Positions 27,050 to 37,944 of a DNA stretch of 64,000 nt are shown here, piece by piece. Under the pieces are notes generated by a model, which was given only the letters and a program-made list of their open reading frames with translations, did no database searches and was not told where the DNA came from. Position 1 is the stretch's first letter. Each line of letters starts with the position of its first letter. Source of the DNA: an uncultured Acidimicrobiia bacterium (GTDB lineage Bacteria > Actinomycetota > Acidimicrobiia > Acidimicrobiales > AC-14); contig CAVZAH010000009.1 in NCBI GenBank assembly GCA_963773275.1, forward strand, positions 865 to 64,864. Reading direction: 5' to 3'. The translations under genes were made by a program, and so were the position numbers.

Positions 27050-29413
27050 ATGCCTGAGCTGCAGACCACAACCCTGCCCATCCTCCCCCTCACGACCGGC
27101 GTGATCCTGCCGGGGATGGTCGTCACCCTGACGGCCGACACCGACGAGGCGAAGGCGGCGGTGGCCGCAGCCGAGCGGGGCGACGGCCGGCTCCTGCTCG
27201 TGCCCTTCGTCGACGGGCAGTACGCCCGCACCGGCACCATCGGCAAGATCGAGAACGCGGGCGACCTGCCCAACGGCATCCGGGGACTGATCATCCGGGG
27301 CATCGAGCGGGCCACCGTCGGCGCCGGCATCGCTACCGGCAGCTCGGCCCTCCTCGTGCAGGCCGACCCCATCGCCGTCCCGCCCTTCGGGCCCCGCGCC
27401 CACGAGCTGGCCCGTGAGTACCGGGCGATCGTCGAGACCATCTTCGACAAGAAGGGCGTCAGCCACCTCAACGAGCACCTGCGGGGCATCTCCGACCCCG
27501 GGGCCATGGCCGACACCTCGGGCTACGCCCCCGAGCTCACCATCGAGCAGAAGGTCGAGGTCCTCGAGACCGTCGACGTGGAGCAGCGCCTGGAGAAGGT
27601 GCTGGCCTGGATGCACGACGTCCTGGCCGACATCACCCTGAAGGAGCGCATCCACAACGACGTCAACGAGGGGATGGAGAAGACCCAGCGCGAGTTCATC
27701 CTCCGCCAGCAGATGGCCGCCATCCGCAAGGAGCTGGGCGAGTCGGGTGACGGCGAGGACGTCATCGAGGAGTACCGGGCGAAGGTCGCCGGCGAGCAGG
27801 TGCCCGAGCACGTCCGCAAGGCCGTCGACAAGGAGCTCGGTCGCCTCGAGCGCACGAGTGAGCAGAACCCCGAGCACGGCTGGATCCGGGGCTGGCTCGA
27901 CACCGTCACCGAGCTGCCGTGGGGCGTCAAGTCCGACGACCAGCTCGATGTCGCCGACGCCCGGGTGATCCTCGACGCCGACCACACCGGTCTGAACGAC
28001 GTCAAGGACCGCATCGTCGAGTACCTGGCCGTCCGCAAGCTGCGGTCCGACCGCGGCCTCGGCGCCGTCGTCGGGCGGAGCTCCGGCGCCATCATCGCCC
28101 TCGTGGGCCCCCCCGGCGTGGGCAAGACCTCGCTCGGCGAGTCGGTGGCCCGCGCCCTGGGCCGCAAGTTCGTGCGGGTGTCCCTGGGCGGCGTGTCCGA
28201 CGAGGCCGAGATCCGTGGCCACCGCCGCACCTACGTGGGCGCTCAGCCCGGCCGTATCGTGCGCGCCCTGCGGGAGGCCGGCACCATGAACCCCGTCTTC
28301 CTGCTCGACGAGGTCGACAAGCTGGGCAGCGACTGGCGGGGCAACCCCTCGTCGGCCCTGCTCGAGGTGCTCGACCCGGCCCAGAACCACACCTTCCGCG
28401 ACCACTACCTCGAGATCGACCTCGACCTGTCCGACGTGCTCTTCGTCGCCACCGCCAACCAGCTCGACACCATCCCCGGGCCCCTGCTCGACCGGATGGA
28501 GATCATCCCCCTCGACGGCTACACCGACGACGAGAAGGTCGAGATCGCCCGCGACCACCTGGTGGCCCGTCAGCTCGAGCGCAACGGCCTGTCGGAGGAC
28601 GAGGTCTCGATCACCGATGCCGCCCTGCAGTCGATCGCGGGCGGCTACACCCGGGAGGCCGGGGTGAGGAACCTCGAGCGGGAGCTGGGCAAGGCGCTGC
28701 GCAAGGTGGCCACCAAGGTGGCCGGCGGCGACCTCCAGCCTCCGATCGCCATCGACGAGGACGACCTGAAGACCTACCTCGGCCGCCAGCGGTTCTTCTT
28801 CGAGGCGGCCGACCGCACCTCGGTGCCGGGTGTGGCCACCGGACTGGCCGTCACCGGCATGGGCGGCGACGTCCTCTTCATCGAGGCCACCAGGCTTCCC
28901 AGCGGCGAGGACGCCCACGGCGGCTCGGCGCTCACCATCACCGGCCAGCTGGGCGACGTCATGAAGGAGTCGGCCCAGATCGCCCTCTCCTACGTCCGCT
29001 CGCACGCGGAGGCCCTCGGCATCCCCGTGGCCGACCGGGTCCACCTCCACGTCCCCGCCGGCGCCATCCCCAAGGACGGCCCGTCGGCCGGCATCACCAT
29101 GGTGTCGGCCCTGGCCAGCCTCATGACCGGCCGCCCGCTGCGGTCGAGCGTGGGGATGACCGGAGAGGTCACCCTGCAGGGCCGGGTCCTGCCCATCGGA
29201 GGGGTCAAGCAGAAGGTGCTGGCCGCGTCGAGGGCCGGGCTGAAGGAAGTCATCCTCCCCATGCGCAACGGGCCCGACCTCGACGACGTCCCCGAAGCGG
29301 TCAAGGAGACGATGATCTTCCACCTGGTGGAGGACGTCACCGAGGTGCTGGCGCTGGCTCTCGAGCCGGCGCCGGTGGTCGTTCGGACCTCCGCCGCCCC
29401 CTCCGCCGCCTGA
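27050..29413 (+). CDS. lon: ATP-dependent Lon protease (LonA)
   Basis: N-terminal LON domain, Walker [10 protein letters not shown], Ser-Lys dyad region [16 protein letters not shown]...K; SD AAGGTGG upstream of ATG 27050. Confidence 0.9.
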   Translation: MPELQTTTLPILPLTTGVILPGMVVTLTADTDEAKAAVAAAERGDGRLLLVPFVDGQYARTGTIGKIENAGDLPNGIRGLIIRGIERATVGAGIATGSSALLVQADPIAVPPFGPRAHELAREYRAIVETIFDKKGVSHLNEHLRGISDPGAMADTSGYAPELTIEQKVEVLETVDVEQRLEKVLAWMHDVLADITLKERIHNDVNEGMEKTQREFILRQQMAAIRKELGESGDGEDVIEEYRAKVAGEQVPEHVRKAVDKELGRLERTSEQNPEHGWIRGWLDTVTELPWGVKSDDQLDVADARVILDADHTGLNDVKDRIVEYLAVRKLRSDRGLGAVVGRSSGAIIALVGPPGVGKTSLGESVARALGRKFVRVSLGGVSDEAEIRGHRRTYVGAQPGRIVRALREAGTMNPVFLLDEVDKLGSDWRGNPSSALLEVLDPAQNHTFRDHYLEIDLDLSDVLFVATANQLDTIPGPLLDRMEIIPLDGYTDDEKVEIARDHLVARQLERNGLSEDEVSITDAALQSIAGGYTREAGVRNLERELGKALRKVATKVAGGDLQPPIAIDEDDLKTYLGRQRFFFEAADRTSVPGVATGLAVTGMGGDVLFIEATRLPSGEDAHGGSALTITGQLGDVMKESAQIALSYVRSHAEALGIPVADRVHLHVPAGAIPKDGPSAGITMVSALASLMTGRPLRSSVGMTGEVTLQGRVLPIGGVKQKVLAASRAGLKEVILPMRNGPDLDDVPEAVKETMIFHLVEDVTEVLALALEPAPVVVRTSAAPSAA

Positions 29414-29563
29414 TTCGCCGCCACACAGCTCGCACCACTCGTCGCACCACAACGTCGCACTCGGACCGTGCCCCCCTCTCGAGGGGGGCACGGTCGCGTC
29501 ACCGGATCGGCCCTTGTCGACCGCTATCTCGGGCGCGGCCGGGAGGCTCGCAGTCTCTCGTGA

Positions 29564-30212
29564 TCAGCCGGAGTAACGGGGCTCCGAGAGGACTTCGAGG
29601 AGGCGGCGGGCGGTCCACTCGTCGGTGACGAGGGTGGTCGGACGCATGGCCGGCACGGCGGTCAGGGTGGCCAGCACGGCCGGGAACTTGTAGCGGCCGC
29701 CGGCCACCAGCACCCGCTCCCGGGCCCGGGCCAGGATGCCGGGCGCGACCGCGACCACCCGGTCGTTCAGGCGCTCGACGACGCCCTCGACGACGGGGCG
29801 CAACGGCGGCGGCACGTCGTCGCCCATGAGGTAGTGCTCGCACACGTCGATGACGGCGGCGGGCGCCTCCGGCCACACCTGCCGGGCGAGGATGTCGAGC
29901 TCGTCCTGCACCGACTCCGTCGCCCGCGATCGGAACGACACCACGTGGTGGCCCTGGGACACGACGCCGCACCCGTAGATCGCGATGTCGAGCTCGAGCC
30001 GGGGGCCGGACGGCGGCGGGTCGAGGAGGTGGGGCGCGACCAGGCCCAGCACGGCGTCGCGGTCGGCCGGGACGAAGATCGGGAGGTGGACGGGGGTGAC
30101 GTGGCCCCAGTCCTCGGGGCCGGCGCGGAGGTGGCGGGCCAGGCCCTCGGCGTTGTGGTCGGCGTCGACGATGTCGGGCCAGTCGGGCGACGGCGAGCCC
30201 ATCGTTGCGCCG
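29564..30212 (-). CDS. SorC/DeoR-family sugar-binding-domain-like protein (no clear HTH; start uncertain)
   Basis: C-terminal VLVAGGRYKFPAVLATLTAVPAMRPTTLVTDEWTARRLLE resembles SorC-type effector domain; upstream part of listed ORF is repetitive (VGEGVGEDVGRG). Confidence 0.35.
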
Positions 30213-30413
30213 GTGAGGGCGTAGATCCGGTAGCCGGCGTACGGCAGCCGATCGGGGACGAGGGGGCTCAGCTCATTGTGGCCGCCCTCGCGGATGCCCC
30301 GACCGACATCCTCACCGACACCCTCACCGACGCCCCGACCGACGGGCCGGTCCGATGACCGCCCTCCGATCGGCCGGCGAGTCGAAGTCTGGTTCTCGGC
30401 GCCTGGCCGACCC

Positions 30414-30460
30414 TTTTGTGGAGCATAAGCGACCTCCCAGGTCGTTTTTCCTCCACAAAA
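30414..30460. promoter_or_regulatory. nested inverted repeat: 10-bp arms TTTTGTGGAG / CTCCACAAAA around an inner hairpin CGACC-TCCCA-GGTCG followed by TTTTT (terminator- or attenuator-like on + strand)
   Basis: Sequence read directly; overlaps the candidate GTG start (30418) of the OmpA-like lipoprotein gene. Confidence 0.5.
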
Positions 30461-31002
30461 CACGTCACCCCGCCCCCCGCCTCGCCGCCGTGCTCGCAGT
30501 CGCCGTCCTCGCCGGCTGCACGAGCCGGTCGACGGCGGGCCCGGATCCCGACCTGCGCCCCCTGGGCGACGAGCCGGCCGTCGCCGTCAGCGTCCCGGAC
30601 GGCCCCGAGACCCTGCCCACCTGGCAGCGTCAGGAGGGCCGGGCCACCCTGACCATCCCCGCCGACCTCCTGTTCGCCAAGGACTCAGCCGACCTCGGCC
30701 CGACGGCGGTCGAGGTGCTCGGCCGGGTCGTGGACGAGGTCACCGCGGACGCGAAGGTGCTGGTCGAGGGGCACGCCGACGGCGACGGCGACGAAGGCCA
30801 CAACCAGGAGCTTTCGGAGCGGCGGGCGGCGACGGTCGGCGCCTGGTTGGCCGACCACGGCATAGACCCGTCCGCCATCACCACCCGGGGGTGGGGCGAG
30901 TCACGCCCCGTCGCCGACGAGAAGGACGACACGGCCAAATCCGAGAACCGCCGCGTCGTCATCACCGTCATGTTCTCGGCAACAGCAGGGGGAACCCGAT
31001 GA
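30418..31002 (+). CDS. OmpA-family peptidoglycan-binding lipoprotein
   Basis: Lipoprotein signal ...RLAAVLAVAVLAGC; C-terminal OmpA_C motif NRRVVI; start 30418 (GTG) vs 30490 ambiguous. Confidence 0.6.
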   Translation: MEHKRPPRSFFLHKTRHPAPRLAAVLAVAVLAGCTSRSTAGPDPDLRPLGDEPAVAVSVPDGPETLPTWQRQEGRATLTIPADLLFAKDSADLGPTAVEVLGRVVDEVTADAKVLVEGHADGDGDEGHNQELSERRAATVGAWLADHGIDPSAITTRGWGESRPVADEKDDTAKSENRRVVITVMFSATAGGTR

Positions 31003-33002
31003 ACGTCATCCTCATCATCGCCGGCGTCACGACCGCCCTGGCAGTCGCCGTCGTGCTCAAGTCGGTGCACCGCATCGGACCGGCCGACGTGGGCCTGGTC
31101 ACCAAGAAGCTGTCGCTGCGCAAGCTCCACAACGAGGACCCGATCGCCTTCTCCGGCGAGGCCGGCTACCAGGCCGAGCTGCTCATGCCCGGTCTGCGGT
31201 TCAAGGTGTGGCCCGTCTTCTCGGTGGCCCGCTTCCCGTGGGTCCAGGTGCCGGCGGGTGAGATCGGCGTCGTGATCGCGCAGGTGGGCGAGTCGCTGCC
31301 CATCGGCGCCAAGAGCGCCGTCTACAGCCCGAGCTTCGGCAACTTCGCCGACCTGGGCGATTTCGTCACCGGCCGGGGCCAGAAGGGCGTCCAGCGGCCG
31401 GTGCTCCCCCCGGGCACGCTCCTTCCCATCCACCCCGTCGCCTTCGTCGTCATCACGTCCCGCGAGGTGTTCGGGCTTCCCGTGTCGCCCGAGCTGGCGG
31501 GCTTCGCCGACACCGGGAACCTGAGCTGCGAGTCGTACGGGCTTCGCCCGCAGGACCTCGAAGTCGTCGTCATCGCCCCCAAGGGCGACGTCGACGTGGT
31601 CGGGATCGTGACGATCCTCGAAGGGGCGCCCCTCGACAAGGGCGACATCGCCTCCCGCCTCGGGTCCTTCGACGACGTCGCCGCCCTCGAGACCGACCCC
31701 GAAGCAACCGACGCCGAGCTGATCGAGCTGCTGATGGGCTCGAAGAACGACCTGCACAACAACTACCAGGACTTCCAGAAGTTCGTCGACGCCGGCGGGC
31801 GCATCGGCCTCCAGCACGACCCCCTGCTCTACGGGGCGTACCTGCTCAACCCGTTCCTGGTCCGGGTGACGATGGTGCCCATGCTGGTGGTGAACCAGGG
31901 TGAGGTCGCCGTCATCAAGGGCTTCGTGGGGCTGCCGACGCTCGACACCTCGGGTGTCGACTTCAAGTTCGGGTCGATCGTGCGGCCCGGCCACCGCGGC
32001 ATATGGCAGGAGCCGCTGCGCACCGGCAAGTACGCCATGAACCCTCGCGTCTACGCGGCCGAGATCGTGCCGACGTTCATCCTGACCCTCAACTGGGCCA
32101 ACGCCCAGAGCCAGGCCCACGACCTCGACGCCCGCCTCGAGCCGATCGTCGGCAAGAGCCGGGAGGGCTTCGTCTTCACCATCGACCTCCAGGTGCAGAT
32201 CCACGTTTCCGACACGAAGGCGCCCAAGGTCATCTCGATGGTCGCCACGATCCACAACCTGGTCAACGAGGTGCTCCAGTCGGCCGTCGGCAACCACTTC
32301 CGCAACACCCTCCAGCACCTGGAGGCGGTCAAGTTCATCGAGACCCGCCGGGAGGTGCAGCGGGCCGCTTTCGAGGCGGTGCGCGAATACCTGGCCGTCT
32401 ACGACGTCGAGACCCGGGGCGTCTACATCCAGGACGTCGTCTTCCCCGAGGAGCTGGTGGAGGTGCTGACCCGGCGGGAGATCGCCGGCCAGGAGCGGAC
32501 CACCTACGTCGAGCAGCAGAAGGCGGAGACGGCCCGCGTCCAGATGGAGAAGGCGCGGGGGACGGCCGAGATGCAGGCCGAGCTGGCCACGGCTCAGGTG
32601 TCGGTGGAGATCCGGGAGAACCAGGCCCGGGCCCGGGAGGCGCAGGCCGGCGGCGAGGCGGCCTACGTCCGGTTGACCGGGCAGGCCGAGGCCGACCGGA
32701 CCGAAGCCCTCGGCCTGGCGGAGGCCAGGGCCACCGAAGCGCTCGGGCTGGCCCAGGCCGCCGGCTACGACGCCCAGCGCCAGGCCATCGGCGAGATGGC
32801 CACCGCCCTGGTCGCAGTGGCCAGCGCCGTCGCCGAGGGTCACATCTCGGTCGTGCCCGACGTCCTCGTCACCGGCAACGGAGGGGGCGCCCTCGACGGG
32901 CTGGCGGCGACGGTCATGCACCTCCTCCAGGGGAGCGGCAACGGCCACGGGCCGGCCGCGGCCGACCCGCCGGTGGAGGAGCTGACACCCGTCGCCTCGT
33001 AG
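30999..33002 (+). CDS. SPFH/band-7 family protein (flotillin-like) with long C-terminal coiled-coil Ala/Glu-rich region
   Basis: N-terminal TM MNVILIIAGVTTALAVAVVL, SPFH core, EA-rich coiled coil; ATG overlaps OmpA stop (ATGA), SD AGGGGGAA. Confidence 0.8.
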   Translation: MNVILIIAGVTTALAVAVVLKSVHRIGPADVGLVTKKLSLRKLHNEDPIAFSGEAGYQAELLMPGLRFKVWPVFSVARFPWVQVPAGEIGVVIAQVGESLPIGAKSAVYSPSFGNFADLGDFVTGRGQKGVQRPVLPPGTLLPIHPVAFVVITSREVFGLPVSPELAGFADTGNLSCESYGLRPQDLEVVVIAPKGDVDVVGIVTILEGAPLDKGDIASRLGSFDDVAALETDPEATDAELIELLMGSKNDLHNNYQDFQKFVDAGGRIGLQHDPLLYGAYLLNPFLVRVTMVPMLVVNQGEVAVIKGFVGLPTLDTSGVDFKFGSIVRPGHRGIWQEPLRTGKYAMNPRVYAAEIVPTFILTLNWANAQSQAHDLDARLEPIVGKSREGFVFTIDLQVQIHVSDTKAPKVISMVATIHNLVNEVLQSAVGNHFRNTLQHLEAVKFIETRREVQRAAFEAVREYLAVYDVETRGVYIQDVVFPEELVEVLTRREIAGQERTTYVEQQKAETARVQMEKARGTAEMQAELATAQVSVEIRENQARAREAQAGGEAAYVRLTGQAEADRTEALGLAEARATEALGLAQAAGYDAQRQAIGEMATALVAVASAVAEGHISVVPDVLVTGNGGGALDGLAATVMHLLQGSGNGHGPAAADPPVEELTPVAS

Positions 33003-33418
33003 CACGTGGTGCCTCGGGGGTCACCGTCGAGCACTCTCTCTCGTGGTGCCGGCGCCTCGACGCCCTCGTGGTGGGGGCGGCGTGCGACCTGGCGGCGCCG
33101 TCGTTCGACGCCGGCCAGCGCTGCGGCGTTCTCCGCGCCAGCACCTCGAGGCCTGCTGAAAACCGAACACCCGGCTACGATCCCGGCACGGTTTTCCGCG
33201 TTCGAGGAGTGCCGATGCGAGCGAGGCTGGGGGGCATTGCGGAGTCGTCGTGCCGGACGTCTCACACGTCGCGTTGGCGGCGTGTGGCGACGACGAGGAC
33301 ACGGCAGACGAGTAGCCGACAGCCGGGACGTCGGCGCGCGGGTGAGGTCGTCGTGCCGATTCGGGCGATCAGGTGAGCTTTCTGTCAGACTGCCGCCCAC
33401 CGACAACGGGGAGTTGCC

Positions 33419-35134
33419 ATGCGTAGAACGGCCCTGCTACTCGGACTGACCGCCCTGGTCCTGACGGGCGGTTCCGCGGCGCTGTCGCCGGCGGCGGCCG
33501 CCGGCGACCAGGAGTACGTCGTCCTCTTCCGCTCCGACGCATCCGGCGCTGCCGCCCGGCAGGCCGTCACCGCCGCCGCGGGCACCGTCGTGCGGGAGAA
33601 CACCGCCGTGGGGCTGGCCACGGTGCGGTCGTCCAACCCCCGCTTCCTGGCCGATGCCGGCCGTCAGGGCGCGGTCGAAGGGGTCGCCCGGAGCGTGCCG
33701 GTCGGCAGCGCTCCGCCCACCAACCGTCCCAAGCCGGACGACGTCGAGCGCCTGACAGCCGAGCGCCAAGCCGCTCGCCAGGCGACCCAGGCCCCGGCCC
33801 AGGCCGCCGCCGCGGCCGCAGCTGCGTCCGTGGTCGTGGGGGCCGAGCCCCTGGCCGGGCTCCAGTGGAACATGAAGATGATCCGGGCCACCGCCACCGA
33901 GTCGCACGCCGTCCAGCCGGGCGACAAGCGGGTGCTGGTCGGGATCATCGACACCGGCGTCGACGGATCGCACCCCGACATAGCCCCCAACTTCAACCGG
34001 TCCCTGAGCCGCAACTTCACGACCGACATCCCCCTGATCGACGGGCCCTGCGCGGAGGAGCCCGACCACTCCTGCGCCGACCCGGCCGACGTCGACGAGA
34101 ACGGCCACGGCACCCACGTGGCAGGCATCATCGGCGCCCCCATCAACGGGCTGGGCATCGCCGGCGTGGCCCCCAACGTGACCCTGGCCAACCTCCGGGC
34201 GGGCCAGGACTCGGGCTACTTCTTCCTCCAGTCCACCGTCGACGCCCTCACCTTCGCCGGCGACAACGGGTTCGACGTCGTCAACATGAGCTTCTACACC
34301 GACCCGTGGCTGTTCAACTGCGCCGCCAACCCGGCCGACTCGCCGGCCGAGCAGGCGGAGCAGCGCACCATCATCGCCGCCACCCAGCGGGCGCTCGACT
34401 ACGCCAACGCCCGGGGCGTGACGATGGTGGCCGCCATGGGCAACGAGCACACCGATCTCGGACGGCCCACGTCGGACGCAACCAGCCCCGACTACCCGCC
34501 CGGGGCGGCGAAGCCGAGGACAGTGAACAACTCCTGCCTGAACCTGCCCACCGAGGGCCGCAACGTCATCGCAGTGAGCTCGGTGGGGCCGAGCAAGGCC
34601 AAGGCCGACTACTCCAACTACGGCCTGGAACAGACCGAGGTGGCGGCCCCCGGCGGCTACTTCCGCGACCTTTTCGGGACGCCGCAGCACCGCACCGTCG
34701 GCAACCTGATCCTCTCCGCCTACCCGGAGCGCCTGGCGCGGGAGGCCGGCGACATCGACCAGAACGGGCTCCCCACCAACGAGTTCGTGGTCCGCAGCTG
34801 CAAGGCCGCCGTCTGCGGCTACTACCAGTACCTCCAGGGAACGTCGATGGCGTCGCCCCACGCGGCGGGCGTCGGCGCTCTCATCGTCAGCAGGCTGGGG
34901 TACACGGATCCCCGCCGGGCCGGGCTCACGCTGCCGCCGGCCTCCACCGAGGCGATCCTCGAGGGAACGGCCACACCCCGCCCCTGCCCCGTCCCCCCGC
35001 TGGTCTCCTACGCCAACGAGGGGCGGCCGGCGGAGTACAACGCCCTGTGCCTCGGCCCACCCGCCCTCAACGGCTTCTACGGCCGGGGGATCGTCGACGC
35101 CCTCTCTGCTGTAACCCTGCGCCCCCGGGTATAG
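33419..35134 (+). CDS. secreted S8-family subtilisin-like serine peptidase with propeptide
   Basis: Signal peptide MRRTALLLGLTALVLTGGSAA; catalytic D (GIIDTGVD), H (HGTHVAG), S (GTSMASPHAAG). Confidence 0.85.
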   Translation: MRRTALLLGLTALVLTGGSAALSPAAAAGDQEYVVLFRSDASGAAARQAVTAAAGTVVRENTAVGLATVRSSNPRFLADAGRQGAVEGVARSVPVGSAPPTNRPKPDDVERLTAERQAARQATQAPAQAAAAAAAASVVVGAEPLAGLQWNMKMIRATATESHAVQPGDKRVLVGIIDTGVDGSHPDIAPNFNRSLSRNFTTDIPLIDGPCAEEPDHSCADPADVDENGHGTHVAGIIGAPINGLGIAGVAPNVTLANLRAGQDSGYFFLQSTVDALTFAGDNGFDVVNMSFYTDPWLFNCAANPADSPAEQAEQRTIIAATQRALDYANARGVTMVAAMGNEHTDLGRPTSDATSPDYPPGAAKPRTVNNSCLNLPTEGRNVIAVSSVGPSKAKADYSNYGLEQTEVAAPGGYFRDLFGTPQHRTVGNLILSAYPERLAREAGDIDQNGLPTNEFVVRSCKAAVCGYYQYLQGTSMASPHAAGVGALIVSRLGYTDPRRAGLTLPPASTEAILEGTATPRPCPVPPLVSYANEGRPAEYNALCLGPPALNGFYGRGIVDALSAVTLRPRV

Positions 35135-35180
35135 GGATTCGTTGCATCGTCCGATTGTGAACCACGAACCGAGGAGCCCA

Positions 35181-36872
35181 ATGGTGCGACCGATACGGAA
35201 GACCAACTGGCGGCTGCTGTGCCTGCCCCTCATGCTGGCGGTCGTTGCCGCAGCCTGCGGCAGCGACGACGACGGCGACGGCGGGGGGGCGTCGAGCGAC
35301 ACGACGTCGGTGGCGGTCCCCAGCGGGGGGACGCTCGTCCTCGGCGCCGAGCAGGAAGGTGACTGCGCCGACTGGATGGGCAGCTGCGGCGGCACCAGCT
35401 GGTTCTTCTGGTCGTGGGGCGCCATCACGATGCCCCGCGCCTACTCGGTCGAGCCGGCGGGCGACGGGTGGGTGGCCAAGCACACCAGCCTGCTGACCGG
35501 TCCTGCCACCCTGACGACGTCACCGAAGCAGGTCGTCACCTACACCATCAACCCGGCGGCGAAGTGGTCCGACAACACGCCGATCACCTCGAACGACTTC
35601 AAGTTCACGTGGGAGCAGGTGGCCACCGGGTCCAACATCTACGACCGCACCGGCTACGACAAGATCGAGAGCGTCGACAACAGCGTGCCCGGTACCGCGG
35701 TCGTCACGTTCAAGGAGCCCTACGCCGACTGGCGGACGACCCTGTTCGGCGGCAACTACGGGATCTACCCCGCCCACCTGGTGAAGGACCACGCCGAGAT
35801 CGCCAACGGCTACACCTGGTCGGGCGGCCCGTGGAAGCTCGACCACTGGACCAAGGGCACCGAGTGGGTCATCGTGCCCAACGAGAACTACTGGGGCGAG
35901 AAGCCGAAGCTCGACAAGGTCATCTTCAAGTTCATCAGCGACACCTCGGCCGAGTTCCAGGCGTTCAAGGCCGGAGAGGTGCTGGGGATCTACCCCCAGC
36001 CCCAGCTCGACGCCGTCGACCAGATCAACGCCGGCCTGCCCAACGCCAAGGCCCAGTACACCGACCAGACGGGCAACGCCGAGGGCCTCTGGATGAACGC
36101 CGGCAAAGCGCCGTTCGACGACCTGAACTTCCGTGTCGCCGTCGCCTACTCGATCGACCGCGACGCCATCGTCAACCGCCTGTTCGGTGGCCTCGGGGTC
36201 ACCAAGGCGCTCCAGACGATGACCGCCCCCATCCTGGCGCCGTTCGCGTCCACCAACGCCTTCGCCCAGTACAAGAAGGACCTCACCAAGGTCAACGAGG
36301 CCATGACGAAGTCGGGCTGGACGAAGGGCAGCGACGGGATCTGGGAGAAGGACGGCCAGAAGGCGGCCTTCGAGATGAAGACCACCAGCGGCAACAAGCG
36401 CCGGGAGCTCACCGAGCAGATCCTCCAGCAGGACCTGAAGGAAGCCGGCTTCACCATGACGATCAACAACCAGGCGGCGGGCGACCTGTTCGGCGACCAG
36501 CTGCCGAAGGGCGACTTCCAGATCGCCCTCTACGCCCAGGTGCTGACGTCGTTCTACCCGAGCAACTGCAACCTGTTCTGCTCGAAGAACATCCCGACTG
36601 CGGAGAACAACTTCTCGGGGCAGAACTGGACCCGCACCAACGTCGCCGACCTCGACACCCACTACGGGCTGACCGAGACCGAGCTCGACGAGCCCAAGGC
36701 CCAGGCGGCCAACAAGAAGGGCGACGACGCTCTCGCCGCCGCCGTGTCGATGCTCCCCCTCGACCCGCTGCCGAACATCCTGCTGACCAGCACCAAGATC
36801 GTCGGCCCCGTCGCCGACAACCCCATCCAGGGACCGTTCTGGATGATGTGGGGTTGGGGCCTCAACCCGTAG
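35181..36872 (+). CDS. ABC transporter substrate-binding lipoprotein, family 5 (peptide/nickel, DppA/OppA-like)
   Basis: Lipobox LMLAVVAAACGSDDD; SBP_bac_5-like length and motifs; followed by two permeases and two ATPases. Confidence 0.8.
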   Translation: MVRPIRKTNWRLLCLPLMLAVVAAACGSDDDGDGGGASSDTTSVAVPSGGTLVLGAEQEGDCADWMGSCGGTSWFFWSWGAITMPRAYSVEPAGDGWVAKHTSLLTGPATLTTSPKQVVTYTINPAAKWSDNTPITSNDFKFTWEQVATGSNIYDRTGYDKIESVDNSVPGTAVVTFKEPYADWRTTLFGGNYGIYPAHLVKDHAEIANGYTWSGGPWKLDHWTKGTEWVIVPNENYWGEKPKLDKVIFKFISDTSAEFQAFKAGEVLGIYPQPQLDAVDQINAGLPNAKAQYTDQTGNAEGLWMNAGKAPFDDLNFRVAVAYSIDRDAIVNRLFGGLGVTKALQTMTAPILAPFASTNAFAQYKKDLTKVNEAMTKSGWTKGSDGIWEKDGQKAAFEMKTTSGNKRRELTEQILQQDLKEAGFTMTINNQAAGDLFGDQLPKGDFQIALYAQVLTSFYPSNCNLFCSKNIPTAENNFSGQNWTRTNVADLDTHYGLTETELDEPKAQAANKKGDDALAAAVSMLPLDPLPNILLTSTKIVGPVADNPIQGPFWMMWGWGLNP

Positions 36873-36978
36873 CAGCCGCCGCACCATGGCGTCATCAGAG
36901 ATCGGAGTCTCACCCGGCGCCCGGCCGGTCCCTTCCGCGGACCGGCCGGGCGTGCGCCCGGCCCGGACCTGAACCCGC

Positions 36979-37944
36979 ATGCTGACGTACGTCGCACGGC
37001 GCGTCCTCTACTCCATCCCCGTCCTGCTCGTCGCCTCGTTCCTCCTGTTCGCCTTCGTCCGGGTGACGTTCGACCCCACCGACCGGCTCCGGTCCTCCCG
37101 CGATCCCCAGGCCATCGAACGGGCCCGCAAGGAGCTGGGACTCGACAAGCCCATCGTCACCCAGTACACGACCTGGCTCAGCGACTTCGTGCGAGGCGAC
37201 TGGGGCGAGAGCACCCGCACCCAGGAGCGCGTCCTCCCGGTGATCCGGCGGGCCTTCTGGAACACGCTGCAACTGATCATCTGGGGGGTGTTGCTCGCCA
37301 CGCTGATCTCCGTCGGGGTGGGCGTCTTCTCGGCCGTGCGGCAGTACTCCCTGGCCGACTACGGGTTCACCGGTCTGTCCTTTTTGGCCCTCGCCATGCC
37401 TCCGTTCTGGTTCGGGCTGATCGCCATCCAGTTTCTGGCGGTCTATCCCAGGGACTGGTTCAACCTGGCGACGACGCCCCTCTACTTCGTCGGCCTCCAC
37501 TCCTCCACCGCCACCGGCGTCGGCGACTACGCCCGGCACCTCGTGCTGCCGGTGCTGACGCTGACGATCCAGATCATCGCCAGCTGGAGCCGCTACGGGC
37601 GGGCGTCGATGCTCGACGCACTCTCGGCCGACTACGTGCGTACCGCCCGGGCCAAGGGCGTCCCCCGCCGGCAGGTGATCTTCAAGCACGCCTTCCGCAA
37701 CGCCCTCATCCCTCTCGTCACGGTGATGGCCCTCGACATCGGCGCCCTGTTCGGGGGGCTGGTGGTCACCGAGCAGATCTTCTCGATCCCGGGGATGGGC
37801 CGGCTCTTCGTCGACTCCCTGATCCAGGGTGACGTCAACGTGCTCGTGGTCTGGACCGTGATCACGGCCTCGTTCGTCATCGCGTTCAACCTGCTGGCCG
37901 ACGTGCTCTACGGCCTGCTCGACCCGAGGATCCGGTACACGTGA
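36979..37944 (+). CDS. ABC transporter permease (DppB/OppB-like)
   Basis: BPD_transp_1-type permease; 4-nt overlap with next permease. Confidence 0.85.
   Translation: MLTYVARRVLYSIPVLLVASFLLFAFVRVTFDPTDRLRSSRDPQAIERARKELGLDKPIVTQYTTWLSDFVRGDWGESTRTQERVLPVIRRAFWNTLQLIIWGVLLATLISVGVGVFSAVRQYSLADYGFTGLSFLALAMPPFWFGLIAIQFLAVYPRDWFNLATTPLYFVGLHSSTATGVGDYARHLVLPVLTLTIQIIASWSRYGRASMLDALSADYVRTARAKGVPRRQVIFKHAFRNALIPLVTVMALDIGALFGGLVVTEQIFSIPGMGRLFVDSLIQGDVNVLVVWTVITASFVIAFNLLADVLYGLLDPRIRYT

Noticed and set aside
27017-29628. 824-aa minus ORF 27017-29491 and 569-aa plus ORF 27919-29628 over lon
   Set aside because: Lon is unambiguous in frame 27050-29413. The others are GC-rich shadow frames.
30630-35428. 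791-aa ORF 30630-33005(-), 663-aa ORF 33437-35428(-), 457-aa ORF 32003-33376(+)
   Set aside because: Antisense or overlapping to the flotillin and S8 peptidase genes. Low-complexity composition.
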